This document shows, piece after piece, positions 51,277 to 59,829 of a DNA stretch of 64,000 bases. Made by a program: the position numbers and the translations under genes. Source of the DNA: Candidatus Heimdallarchaeota archaeon. Lineage in GTDB: Archaea; Asgardarchaeota; Heimdallarchaeia; JABLTI01. Positions within the stretch are counted from its first letter, which is position 1, and each line of letters starts with the position of its first letter. The DNA is taken from positions 32,001-96,000 of the forward strand of contig JABCTZ010000011.1 of assembly GCA_018238155.1 (NCBI GenBank). Direction: 5' to 3'. The notes beneath the pieces were generated by a model. That model was not told the origin of the DNA. It saw nothing but the letters and a program-made list of their open reading frames with translations, and did no database searches.

Positions 51277-52842
51277 TTGGGATTCATAAACACTCTACCT
51301 AAAGCCATCACTACCGTTCTTCGAGATTATTCTTTTCCTTCTGGTGTTGATAAAGACACCATTCGCAAAGCTGTTAGGTGTGATGAAGACCTGCTTTTTG
51401 TTACACCAGATCTAGATGAGCAATTGCAGGTTGCAGTTACTTTAGCTCTTCTAAATGCTCGATTTGCCGACTCATCATCTATGATTATTGTGCGAACTTC
51501 TGATGATGCAAGAAAAATATACAGTATACTCAACCCACAACATCAGGTTAACGTTTCTAGTGATAGTGTAACAAATGAAACTATTTCTCCACCAATAGAT
51601 AAATATGCCATTCGTGTTGCTTCCACTTTTTCCAAATTTAAGGGAAATAGCTTCTCTTCAGCTAATGATTGTATAATAATTACAAGCTATGATTGCTTGC
51701 TTCGAAATTTACTCTATCGAAAAAGTTCCGAAGTGGATTTAAAGAACAGAATTACTTTACCACATACAAATGCCTATATTTTCGTTGACCCATTTGGCGA
51801 AAATAGATCTCTACGAAGAGCTTTAGAGAGCTTCATAACTTTTGATATAGATAGCATATTGTTTTTCAAGAGAAGAACAAATAACCTTAACATCAGAATG
51901 CATTATATCTCACCTGGCATAGTTTCTTTAGATGAACAGAAGAATATGCTAAAAGTAACATCAACAGTCAAAATTTCTGGAAATCTTGAGCTTGACTTTA
52001 GTTTTTCAACGGATAGACATGACATTAGAGAAAATCTCCAATCTGTTCTACCATATTTAATGTTATTAAGACTTTATTCTGGGCATCCAACTAAAAAACA
52101 ATTAACACGTCGAGTGCAAAATTCGGTTAATTATCGTTTACTTCAAAACACTCACGAATCAAAAACTAATCCTGAATTTCTTCAGGAAGTTTTAATTGAG
52201 ACATTGTTTCAATCAACTGATTCTACTGAATGCTTATTTGAATCGTATCAGCAAAGTCTTGGAAAATTCGCTCTTGCATTAAGAGCTAATGGAAATTCAG
52301 GAAAATATATCCTCACACCATTTGGCAAGAAGTTTCTCATAGCCTCAACATATTTTAAAGAAATACAAGATGATCCCATTAGTGTTATATTGGATATTAA
52401 AAACAGAACACAGAATGATATTCTAGATTGGAACAGCATCTCAGAAATATTCCATAATTTTACTAATGGAAAATTAGCTTACGATGATCTGCAAATACTG
52501 CTAGGGATATTAAAAACAGAAGCGAATGTTGAAGATGAGACAATTGCTAACATTCTATCCAGAACACAAGATAGTTATTCTGTTTTTAAAGTCTGTAGAT
52601 TACTTGCAAGCTTTCAGGATCATATGACACCTGAAGCAAAAAAGAGCTTCAATATCATTAGCAAGGCATTAGGGCAAAATCTTGACACAGTAAATGAACC
52701 GTTAGTAGGAAAGAAAGATAGATTAGCAATCGAGCAAGCGATAAAAGAAGAACTAGAATTTGCTACAGATCCAATGACAAAAGCACAAATTGCTCTAAAT
52801 CTCTCATTATTGAGTTCTGATGTAAAACAAGCAATTGGTTAA
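51277..52842 (+). CDS. Degenerate SF2 (Ski2/Hel308-like) helicase-fold protein, probably catalytically dead
   Basis: Eroded motifs (LLFVTP, MIIVRT..A..IY, IIITSYD.L), YILTPFG wing, C-terminal HTH; no GKT or DExH. Confidence 0.5.
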   Translation: MGFINTLPKAITTVLRDYSFPSGVDKDTIRKAVRCDEDLLFVTPDLDEQLQVAVTLALLNARFADSSSMIIVRTSDDARKIYSILNPQHQVNVSSDSVTNETISPPIDKYAIRVASTFSKFKGNSFSSANDCIIITSYDCLLRNLLYRKSSEVDLKNRITLPHTNAYIFVDPFGENRSLRRALESFITFDIDSILFFKRRTNNLNIRMHYISPGIVSLDEQKNMLKVTSTVKISGNLELDFSFSTDRHDIRENLQSVLPYLMLLRLYSGHPTKKQLTRRVQNSVNYRLLQNTHESKTNPEFLQEVLIETLFQSTDSTECLFESYQQSLGKFALALRANGNSGKYILTPFGKKFLIASTYFKEIQDDPISVILDIKNRTQNDILDWNSISEIFHNFTNGKLAYDDLQILLGILKTEANVEDETIANILSRTQDSYSVFKVCRLLASFQDHMTPEAKKSFNIISKALGQNLDTVNEPLVGKKDRLAIEQAIKEELEFATDPMTKAQIALNLSLLSSDVKQAIG

Positions 52843-53350
52843 TATTAAAAAAAATAGTTCGTTACCACTAAAAACTGTTACAGGAAAACCACCAATAGGG
52901 AGAAATGTTACGTACTATTCTACAAAAGAAATCCCAGAGCATTTCTATAAAAAATGCGGTGACTGTTACTATTTTAGCAAAAATTATTGCATTTTCTGGC
53001 GACGAGTGAAAGAGACTGCAGAGCGAAAAGTCCCAAAAGACAAAATGGGCTATATTTCAACCTCAATTCTTAGAAAAAATACTGTTGCCTGTGAAGCATT
53101 TCTAGAAGTAGAAACAATGGTGATACATTTCACTATTGATGAATTCAATAAAACAGTAACAAAAAGATTTGATGGCTATACTGAAGATGGGGAGGAAAAA
53201 TTTACTCATTTTTGCCCAATCTGTAGTAAGCAAGGAGAAATGGTACCGCTAAAGGCATTAGGCAATGCTGCGTTTCCTCAGCAGGGATCAACTCCGACAA
53301 GATGTCCAAGATGTGGTTCATCATTTAAGCTTTATCAGGAAAGAAATTGA
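52835..53350 (+). CDS. Cys-rich Zn-finger protein (possibly a frameshifted continuation of the upstream ORF)
   Basis: CGDC..C..C, CPIC, CPRC. Confidence 0.7.
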   Translation: MVNIKKNSSLPLKTVTGKPPIGRNVTYYSTKEIPEHFYKKCGDCYYFSKNYCIFWRRVKETAERKVPKDKMGYISTSILRKNTVACEAFLEVETMVIHFTIDEFNKTVTKRFDGYTEDGEEKFTHFCPICSKQGEMVPLKALGNAAFPQQGSTPTRCPRCGSSFKLYQERN

Positions 53351-53366
53351 AACATTTAGTAGTTAA

Positions 53367-54872
53367 GTGATAAAAATGACTGAAAAAAATACTGGAAAAC
53401 AACAAATAAAATGTGTGAAAGATAGCAGTCATATACTTTATGACCGGATATACAATTTAACAGGTTTGGCAGCTGAAGAGATAGAAGAAGCAAGAACTAA
53501 TTTAGGAACTCCTATTTATCAAGGCTATGATGTACGATTGATCGATGATGATCTGTTTATTGGAGATGTAAGGTATAAACTAAAGGATATTAAATTCATC
53601 TTTGATTATGCAGGCATTCAAGAAGAGATTAAACAACGATTGCTTGATTATGGCTGTTATTATGAACGGAAAACTAATTTGAGTGGATGGTTTAATGTCG
53701 AAAGAATCGAGCCAAAAAGAGCTGTTTATGTTGATGCTATTAGATTAAGCAATGGGTTCAACAATCTCTATCTAAAATCAGTGATCAAGAGTGACCTTAG
53801 CATTATCTTCGCACTGCAAGGAATGATACCCGATCAAAGAGTGCTAAAGAAGTATGTAGATAAAATTGGTGATGCATATCTCTATGGCTATCACAGTCAT
53901 GCAAATAAGCTATGCAATTCAGCAGAAGGTTTAGCAGCAGATGTTCTCTGGGAATTCACTAACAAGCTGATAGAACCTTACAACTTTAAAATAAGTAATC
54001 GAATTTCTGACCGACTCTGCCAATTGAGACGCATGGTTGGAAATTATAGCAGTATGGCAAAAACAGCTACAGATGCCTTATTTAACACCACATACCAACT
54101 CTTTGAGGAAGAAATATGGAAGATTCTTGAAGAGAAAAAAATTAATTATTTGGGAGTTGGCGGTTTTTCACATTTCAGTTATTATTCAGACCTTTCTTGG
54201 ATGGGATTGCCATTAGATCTTGGTGATGCATTAAAGAAAGGAGGGCACTATACATTAGTCGATACTATATTAGCTGAAGAAATAACTCATGAAGATATTA
54301 AGCGGCTAACTGCATTCAAAGGAGAGGATAATTATACTGTTACGAAATATGGGTGTGACATCCTCTATGAGAAGAAGGAAGAACTTTTCGAAAGCTCATG
54401 CTTTTATCGTGGGAAACAATATTCATCTTTTAGAGAAGCTTGCAGGGAAGAAATTGACAAATTTGATCGCCTATTATCGAATATCGGTGATAGATTAGAA
54501 GAGGAGCATCTGTCTATTAAAAGCCCTGATCTAGGGAATAATTTAGCCGTTAAACTCTGGCGATTAACGTTAGACTGGGAATATTTGCCAGCAAAATTGA
54601 GGGAGAACCTGGGAGAAAGTGTTTTTCAAATATGTCAAGAAGAGATCCAAAAGCTTGACTTTCAGCCATTAGTATGGATGCGATCGAAACACATAGAACA
54701 AAGAGTGAATCAGGAAATTGCTAATTTTGAGGAACTTGCATTCTTATTTACTGATAGGGAAGAAAAGCACCACCAAAAACATGGCAGAAAAATCGGTCAA
54801 TTATCACCAATCACTAAAGAATTCAGTGAAACATTATTGGAGTTACCTGTATCATGGATAAACTTGGAGTAA
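53367..54872 (+). CDS. cas1: Highly divergent Cas1-fold integrase (Asgard aCas1-like)
   Basis: AEGLAA..W (E187), A.TATDALFNTTY..E (cf. DPVNALLNYGY), GFSH (H269), L.LDLGD (D284/D287), then EIT.EDI, in Cas1 order and spacing. Confidence 0.75.
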   Translation: MIKMTEKNTGKQQIKCVKDSSHILYDRIYNLTGLAAEEIEEARTNLGTPIYQGYDVRLIDDDLFIGDVRYKLKDIKFIFDYAGIQEEIKQRLLDYGCYYERKTNLSGWFNVERIEPKRAVYVDAIRLSNGFNNLYLKSVIKSDLSIIFALQGMIPDQRVLKKYVDKIGDAYLYGYHSHANKLCNSAEGLAADVLWEFTNKLIEPYNFKISNRISDRLCQLRRMVGNYSSMAKTATDALFNTTYQLFEEEIWKILEEKKINYLGVGGFSHFSYYSDLSWMGLPLDLGDALKKGGHYTLVDTILAEEITHEDIKRLTAFKGEDNYTVTKYGCDILYEKKEELFESSCFYRGKQYSSFREACREEIDKFDRLLSNIGDRLEEEHLSIKSPDLGNNLAVKLWRLTLDWEYLPAKLRENLGESVFQICQEEIQKLDFQPLVWMRSKHIEQRVNQEIANFEELAFLFTDREEKHHQKHGRKIGQLSPITKEFSETLLELPVSWINLE

Positions 54873-55093
54873 TGCTCTTTTTGCTAAAGGAGTACAATGA
54901 ATTTGGCACTATTCATCCAAAGAGCGCAAAAGAGATCTCTATAGAGGTGGAATTGGCTCCCAGTGAAACATATCTTACTCTTGAGACATTACAGCAAGAT
55001 GGATTGATCTGGCGAGTGGGTAGGAAAAATCTTTACAGGTATGGTATTAAGGAAGAATCTTTAGCTCATCTAAACAAGCTATTCTCTGCTTAA
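54854..55093 (+). CDS. Small winged-helix protein
   Basis: SAKEISIEVEL.PSETY..LE.L..DGLI....RY. Confidence 0.8.
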   Translation: MDKLGVMLFLLKEYNEFGTIHPKSAKEISIEVELAPSETYLTLETLQQDGLIWRVGRKNLYRYGIKEESLAHLNKLFSA

Positions 55094-55107
55094 TTAATGG
55101 TAAACAA

Positions 55108-55404
55108 TTGCCGTCTGAGATGTTAATTGATTATCAGAAGCTTGATGAAGTAGCAGAAAATTATGAGAAGAAGTTTGAGATAGAGAAACAAGAAGGGCTC
55201 CTTGTGAAGGAGATCAAGGCATTGCTTAGTCAACTGGTCTTTATTGAATATAATAACCGATTCGACATGATTGATTCAGCTGTTGATGATATTGTTGAGG
55301 CTTGTTCTCCTGAAAATTTAGATGAAAAATTCGAGCAATTTTTAGAGGATAAGCTTGAATCAATTTGGGAATATATTATCAGTGCAAGATTGGTGGAGGG
55401 ATAA
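55108..55404 (+). CDS. Small acidic helical protein
   Basis: 98 aa, tightly packed in the operon. Confidence 0.65.
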   Translation: MPSEMLIDYQKLDEVAENYEKKFEIEKQEGLLVKEIKALLSQLVFIEYNNRFDMIDSAVDDIVEACSPENLDEKFEQFLEDKLESIWEYIISARLVEG

Positions 55405-55407
55405 GGA

Positions 55408-57735
55408 ATGTCTCGAGGAATTCTTGTAAAATCGGTTTTTGATTTGCCACCATCAGTGTGTAAAGTATCTGATTGCTATGTAGGCGATGACGAAGTTGGA
55501 TTAGAGAATATAGGAAAAAGTATCCAAGAGCTATTCTCACACAAGCTCTACTCTTATCAATTAGAAGCAATTAGAACTGTACTCAAAGGAAATGATTGTT
55601 TCCTTGCTGTTGGAACAGGTTCTGGAAAATCTGAAGCATTTTTATTCCCAATTTTGGAGGATATCGTTGCCGGAAAAATTAATTGTGCGATTATAATTTA
55701 TCCAACAAAACAACTAGCAGAGGATCAAGAACAACGCATTGCAAAATACTGCAATAAGATTCATGAAACGACCGGCAAAAGAATTACTTACAGTAGGTAC
55801 AATGGTGATTTAACTCGAAAGGAAATTGACTTTGTAGAAAAAAGTAAACCAAATATTATTCTTGCAACTATTGACAAATTATTTTATCGTTTCTTTAAGG
55901 AAGGCAATGAAGACTTTCTTGATTGGCTGCTCAATGCTGGTGCTTTCGTTGTTGATGAGATTCATGCCGGCTCAGGAGGATATTTAGATCATGTTCGAGA
56001 AATAATTTCAATCTTGAAAAAGATTAATCCAACTTTAAGAGTTATTCTTGCTTCCGCTACTGTAAAGGAAGTGGAAACTTTTCGCGATAAATTTCTCCCA
56101 TCAGCTCAAATAATTACAGGAAATGCTACAAGAGGTTCTGTTAGAGTGATGATTCTTCAGCCAGAGTCAATAGAAGATCTGCTTTTGGAAAAGATAGACC
56201 CCTATTTGTGCAAAGTAAAAGGAGTTTGCGTAATTTTTGTTGATGATATTCGAAAGGTAGGTGAGTTGGTTGCAAAATGTAATGAACTGTATAAGAAAAA
56301 AACAAACATACCTGATGAAATCCTAAGAATACATTCACCATTTGCTTGCATTAATAGTCAGTTAAATAGTCAAGAGAAAACATACGTTGTAAAAGGAGTT
56401 CATAATGGTACAATTAGGTTTGTGTTTACAACGTCCTTATTGGAACTGGGGATGGACATACCAAATATCGTTCATATAATAAATATTTCTTGGCCCATTA
56501 CGGGAGTTAATGGTCTATTGCAACGATTGGGGAGATTGCGATTTGTAGACCTTTCCGAGAAAAAGAATTTCTCATTAGTGCTAAATCCAGAAAGAACAAT
56601 TGATGAATATTACTTGAGCCATCCTGAAAAAATAGAAGAAATCATGATGAAAAACAAGACTGAACGAATATTATTTGACTCAAAATCATTGCAAAGAGCA
56701 CAAGCATTCGTTCTCTTAAGACTTGTTCTTGGTGTAACTAAAATTAAAGATATCTTATCCCTATGCACAGATGAGCTAGATAACGGAATTACACGAACCG
56801 CAATATCATTACTTTTCGCCAAAGGTTTGTTATCAACTGAAAATCATCACTTGCCGTTTCTGGAAAGAACCTTAATTATAGCAGAAAGAAATGAAGTTAA
56901 TGCTTTTATTCGAAAGCATCGTATTCGCTCAACTGAATACCAATGGGAAATAATACTGAAGAATTCCAAAAATCAAGAAGAAAAAATCGCTTCAATAGAT
57001 GAACGACGAATAATCTTTTCAGCTTTGCAAAGGAATTTGTTACATCTAGGAAGCAAAGGGAATGTTTTTCGAGTAAAAAGTTTGACTAATGAAAAAGTGT
57101 TCGTTGAAAAGCTAAATATCATCAAAACAAATATTGAACGAAACAAAGTAAAGCCACCAATTTTTATTATCGATGGTCAATCTAGAACGCAGCAATTTGA
57201 ACAGCTAAATATTAGATTTGGAAGGATGATCATTCGCTGGGAAACAAGTGAAATAAAGGAATATTCTCGAGATGGACAATTACTTGAAAACCAAATGAAA
57301 AAGTCAACTCAAGGAAATGACACATTAGTAGTTACTGATAATGAAAAGCGTCAAAATCACATTTGGGATGAAAAAACAAGTGGAGTGCTCATAGAATTTG
57401 TGAACATCTCAAAAGCTCTTACCAACAAACAAAAGAAACAATCACTAAGGCTATTTAGAGAATTACTGGTGAAAAGTATTGAGCTAGAGCTTCACATCTC
57501 AGAATCATCATTTCGCACATATTTGAATAATTTTGAAAACAAAATTGCTCTTTATGATCGAGGTGGGGAGCTGGGAAATGCTGAAGCAGTTTTCACACAA
57601 ATAAAACGAGTGCTAAAGCACATGCTCAGCTTATTGCTTGAGAATACAAACGACTCTATACTCCCTCTAGTTGGCAATATCTCGGAAAAATCAATAGAAA
57701 TAACCAAAAAAATGTTAGAGGAGATGGTAAAGTAA
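55408..57735 (+). CDS. DEAD/DEAH-box SF2 helicase (MrfA/Hrq1/Lhr-like)
   Basis: YQ, GTGSGKSEAF, YPTK.LA.DQ, DEIH, SAT, TSLLELGMDI, QRLGR; C-terminal YD..GG.G. Confidence 0.93.
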   Translation: MSRGILVKSVFDLPPSVCKVSDCYVGDDEVGLENIGKSIQELFSHKLYSYQLEAIRTVLKGNDCFLAVGTGSGKSEAFLFPILEDIVAGKINCAIIIYPTKQLAEDQEQRIAKYCNKIHETTGKRITYSRYNGDLTRKEIDFVEKSKPNIILATIDKLFYRFFKEGNEDFLDWLLNAGAFVVDEIHAGSGGYLDHVREIISILKKINPTLRVILASATVKEVETFRDKFLPSAQIITGNATRGSVRVMILQPESIEDLLLEKIDPYLCKVKGVCVIFVDDIRKVGELVAKCNELYKKKTNIPDEILRIHSPFACINSQLNSQEKTYVVKGVHNGTIRFVFTTSLLELGMDIPNIVHIINISWPITGVNGLLQRLGRLRFVDLSEKKNFSLVLNPERTIDEYYLSHPEKIEEIMMKNKTERILFDSKSLQRAQAFVLLRLVLGVTKIKDILSLCTDELDNGITRTAISLLFAKGLLSTENHHLPFLERTLIIAERNEVNAFIRKHRIRSTEYQWEIILKNSKNQEEKIASIDERRIIFSALQRNLLHLGSKGNVFRVKSLTNEKVFVEKLNIIKTNIERNKVKPPIFIIDGQSRTQQFEQLNIRFGRMIIRWETSEIKEYSRDGQLLENQMKKSTQGNDTLVVTDNEKRQNHIWDEKTSGVLIEFVNISKALTNKQKKQSLRLFRELLVKSIELELHISESSFRTYLNNFENKIALYDRGGELGNAEAVFTQIKRVLKHMLSLLLENTNDSILPLVGNISEKSIEITKKMLEEMVK

Positions 57736-57736
57736 A

Positions 57737-58408
57737 ATGCCTGATACAGTAATAATTGGTGATGTTCATCTTGGAGCAGATGGTTGTTTAAAGGAGGAAT
57801 TCAAAGAAGCACTGCTGAGCGTTGCAGAAGAAGTGGATCTAATTCTATTCAATGGTGACTTTATCGATAATTATGGAGAGAAGGGAAAAAAAGCTCTTGA
57901 ACAATTCTTAGAATGGATAGACAATAAAAGTTGGAAAGAAAAAATAGTCTTCATAACTGGTGGTATGGGTCACGAGGGAAATATTCTATTTGATTGTCCT
58001 ACAATTCAAATTTTGCCTTGGGCAATTTTAAACACAAAAGAAGGGCGAATTATTGTCTGTCATGGACATAATATTGGTCTGGTGAAAAAAGATGATGAGA
58101 CGTGGGTAGAAGCATCCTGTCGACTTAAGCAGCGCTTAGTGCGCAATGGTTCTGAGTTCTTGCCAGAGATTTTATCGACAGACAAGATTATTATCAGCCA
58201 CACTCATGTACCATTTTACAAAATGGATAATGGTATGTTTGCAACAGGGGGATGGCGAATAAAAGAGGACTGGTCTGAGGACTATATCAGAAGGAATGTT
58301 GGAGTGTTTATCATAATAGATGATGAAGATAGAGATGACCCAATAAAAATGAAAAGATGGTTAAATGATAAAAAGGGAAGAAAAATTGGTGGACCGGATG
58401 GAATTTGA
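57737..58408 (+). CDS. Calcineurin-like metallophosphoesterase
   Basis: GDVHLG, NGDFID, GHE, HGH, SHTH; last codons overlap the tRNA-Ala 3' end in antisense. Confidence 0.92.
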   Translation: MPDTVIIGDVHLGADGCLKEEFKEALLSVAEEVDLILFNGDFIDNYGEKGKKALEQFLEWIDNKSWKEKIVFITGGMGHEGNILFDCPTIQILPWAILNTKEGRIIVCHGHNIGLVKKDDETWVEASCRLKQRLVRNGSEFLPEILSTDKIIISHTHVPFYKMDNGMFATGGWRIKEDWSEDYIRRNVGVFIIIDDEDRDDPIKMKRWLNDKKGRKIGGPDGI

Positions 58409-58494
58409 ATCCATGGCCTCCTCAATTTTTTTCTTATAGGACGCATCCTTTAAGATTGCAAATGAGGCGATCTACCAGTCTGATCTACCGGCCC
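58387..58494 (-). tRNA. tRNA-Ala(TGC) with a canonical anticodon-loop intron (~31 nt)
   Basis: GGGCCGG/CCGGTCC with G3:U70, CCTCA-TT TGC A-[intron]-TGAGG, ATGGATTCAAATTCCAT, ACCA. Confidence 0.95.
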
Positions 58495-58571
58495 TGTTAG
58501 TTATTTTTTTTGAGTATGTTTCTCTTTTTGAATCTTTGTATTAGGAAATTCTTTCTTCTTTTTCTTTCTTT

Positions 58572-59444
58572 TTACTTTGCATAAGTTACTATTATTAATA
58601 CATTTAGCAGTACATGTCCTACTGATACGCCAAAGATATTTTCTGTTTCCATTACTGTTATTCCTGTTAGCACTCCTGATACTATAATGAATATTATTGA
58701 ATTGCCCACTCCAATATAATTTTGCAACCAGAAGAATTCTTGTATATGTCCACCTAGCCAGGCAATATTTTGTAGAATGAATCCTAATATTTTCCCGCTT
58801 TTTATCTCCAGAGCTCCTTTAAACAGTTTCAGTGAACCTTTTGCTTGGCTAAATTGTATTTGTATGAATGCTTTTGAATAGAATTCGAAAACAAGGACAT
58901 TTATTGCAAAGAACGCTATTAGAGTCACCCACTCCCCTGGTCCAAAAAGAAAATAACTTATCTGATTTACATTTGTCAAATATTTTTGTGAAAGTAGTAT
59001 CCAAGGGTAAAATAGTCCTGCGTGCATTACACACCCTTGTATTAAGCTGCTTATGACTTTCTTTGTAGACATTCCTTTTTTCGTTGCCAAAAAGAAATAT
59101 TTTGCTTTGCCCGTTTTTATTTGAAAAACAGTTAAATAAATTATTGGGACCACTACAAAACAAATTAATGCTAAAAAAACATGAAAATAATATTCGCTTC
59201 CAAACATCTCAAAATGTCCAAGATATTCTACTGGAAAATAAATGGCTAAAGCAATTATTCCAACAATAATATTAGCGATCACTGCGTCTTTCAAGCTTAA
59301 CTCATTCGTTTTATCTCCCTCAAAATAAAATTCCATCACTCGAGTAGATTTTATTTGATGTGCAGTAACAGAAGTGTCTGTTTTTTTTTCCGACATTTGG
59401 TCTGTTCCTTTTTGACCCTTAGATATTTCTTCTGCTTTTGTCAT
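58572..59444 (-). CDS. CPBP (Abi/CAAX protease-like) membrane protein
   Basis: Multiple TM helices, FEFYSKAF, GHI, GHVLLN. Confidence 0.65.
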   Translation of the reverse strand: MTKAEEISKGQKGTDQMSEKKTDTSVTAHQIKSTRVMEFYFEGDKTNELSLKDAVIANIIVGIIALAIYFPVEYLGHFEMFGSEYYFHVFLALICFVVVPIIYLTVFQIKTGKAKYFFLATKKGMSTKKVISSLIQGCVMHAGLFYPWILLSQKYLTNVNQISYFLFGPGEWVTLIAFFAINVLVFEFYSKAFIQIQFSQAKGSLKLFKGALEIKSGKILGFILQNIAWLGGHIQEFFWLQNYIGVGNSIIFIIVSGVLTGITVMETENIFGVSVGHVLLNVLIIVTYAK

Positions 59445-59829
59445 AGAACAATTAACTACAATATGATTTAATTAAGCTTCCTTTTTCGAGTCATAATTCT
59501 CTATTGGCAAGAAGTGTTATTAAAAGCGAATATTGACTAATGTGTTTAATTTCTCTTTTTTCTTGCAATTGAAATAAATCTTGAAGGAATAATATATCCA
59601 AAAAACAAAATACTGGTAGGAAGAGAAATAGGTTTTGTTCCAGACGTGATGACATAATAACCAAAAAAATATAAGTACCATTGGAAATATTTCAATGTTG
59701 TTAAGTGATGTAGAAACACTCAGTACTACAATAAATGTTGATGTTTCTTTCACTGACATGAAACAGCTGACTTGGAGAGGATAATTGCCTTAAAGAAGAG
59801 CTGGTTTGAAGCAAAGGTTGAGAAGTTAA

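Larger units (their letters stand above)
33383..58415. mobile_element. ~25 kb element/island at the tRNA-Ala 3' end carrying a Cas1-like operon and cargo blocks
   Basis: Bounded by a perfect 29-bp direct repeat TGGTGGACCGGATGGAATTTGAATCCATG (33383-33411 and 58387-58415); accessory gene content. Confidence 0.9.

Noticed and set aside
33383-58415. Conventional CRISPR array or classical casposon/provirus
   Set aside because: I found no short regularly spaced repeats, cas2, PolB, terminal inverted repeats, or capsid/terminase genes.
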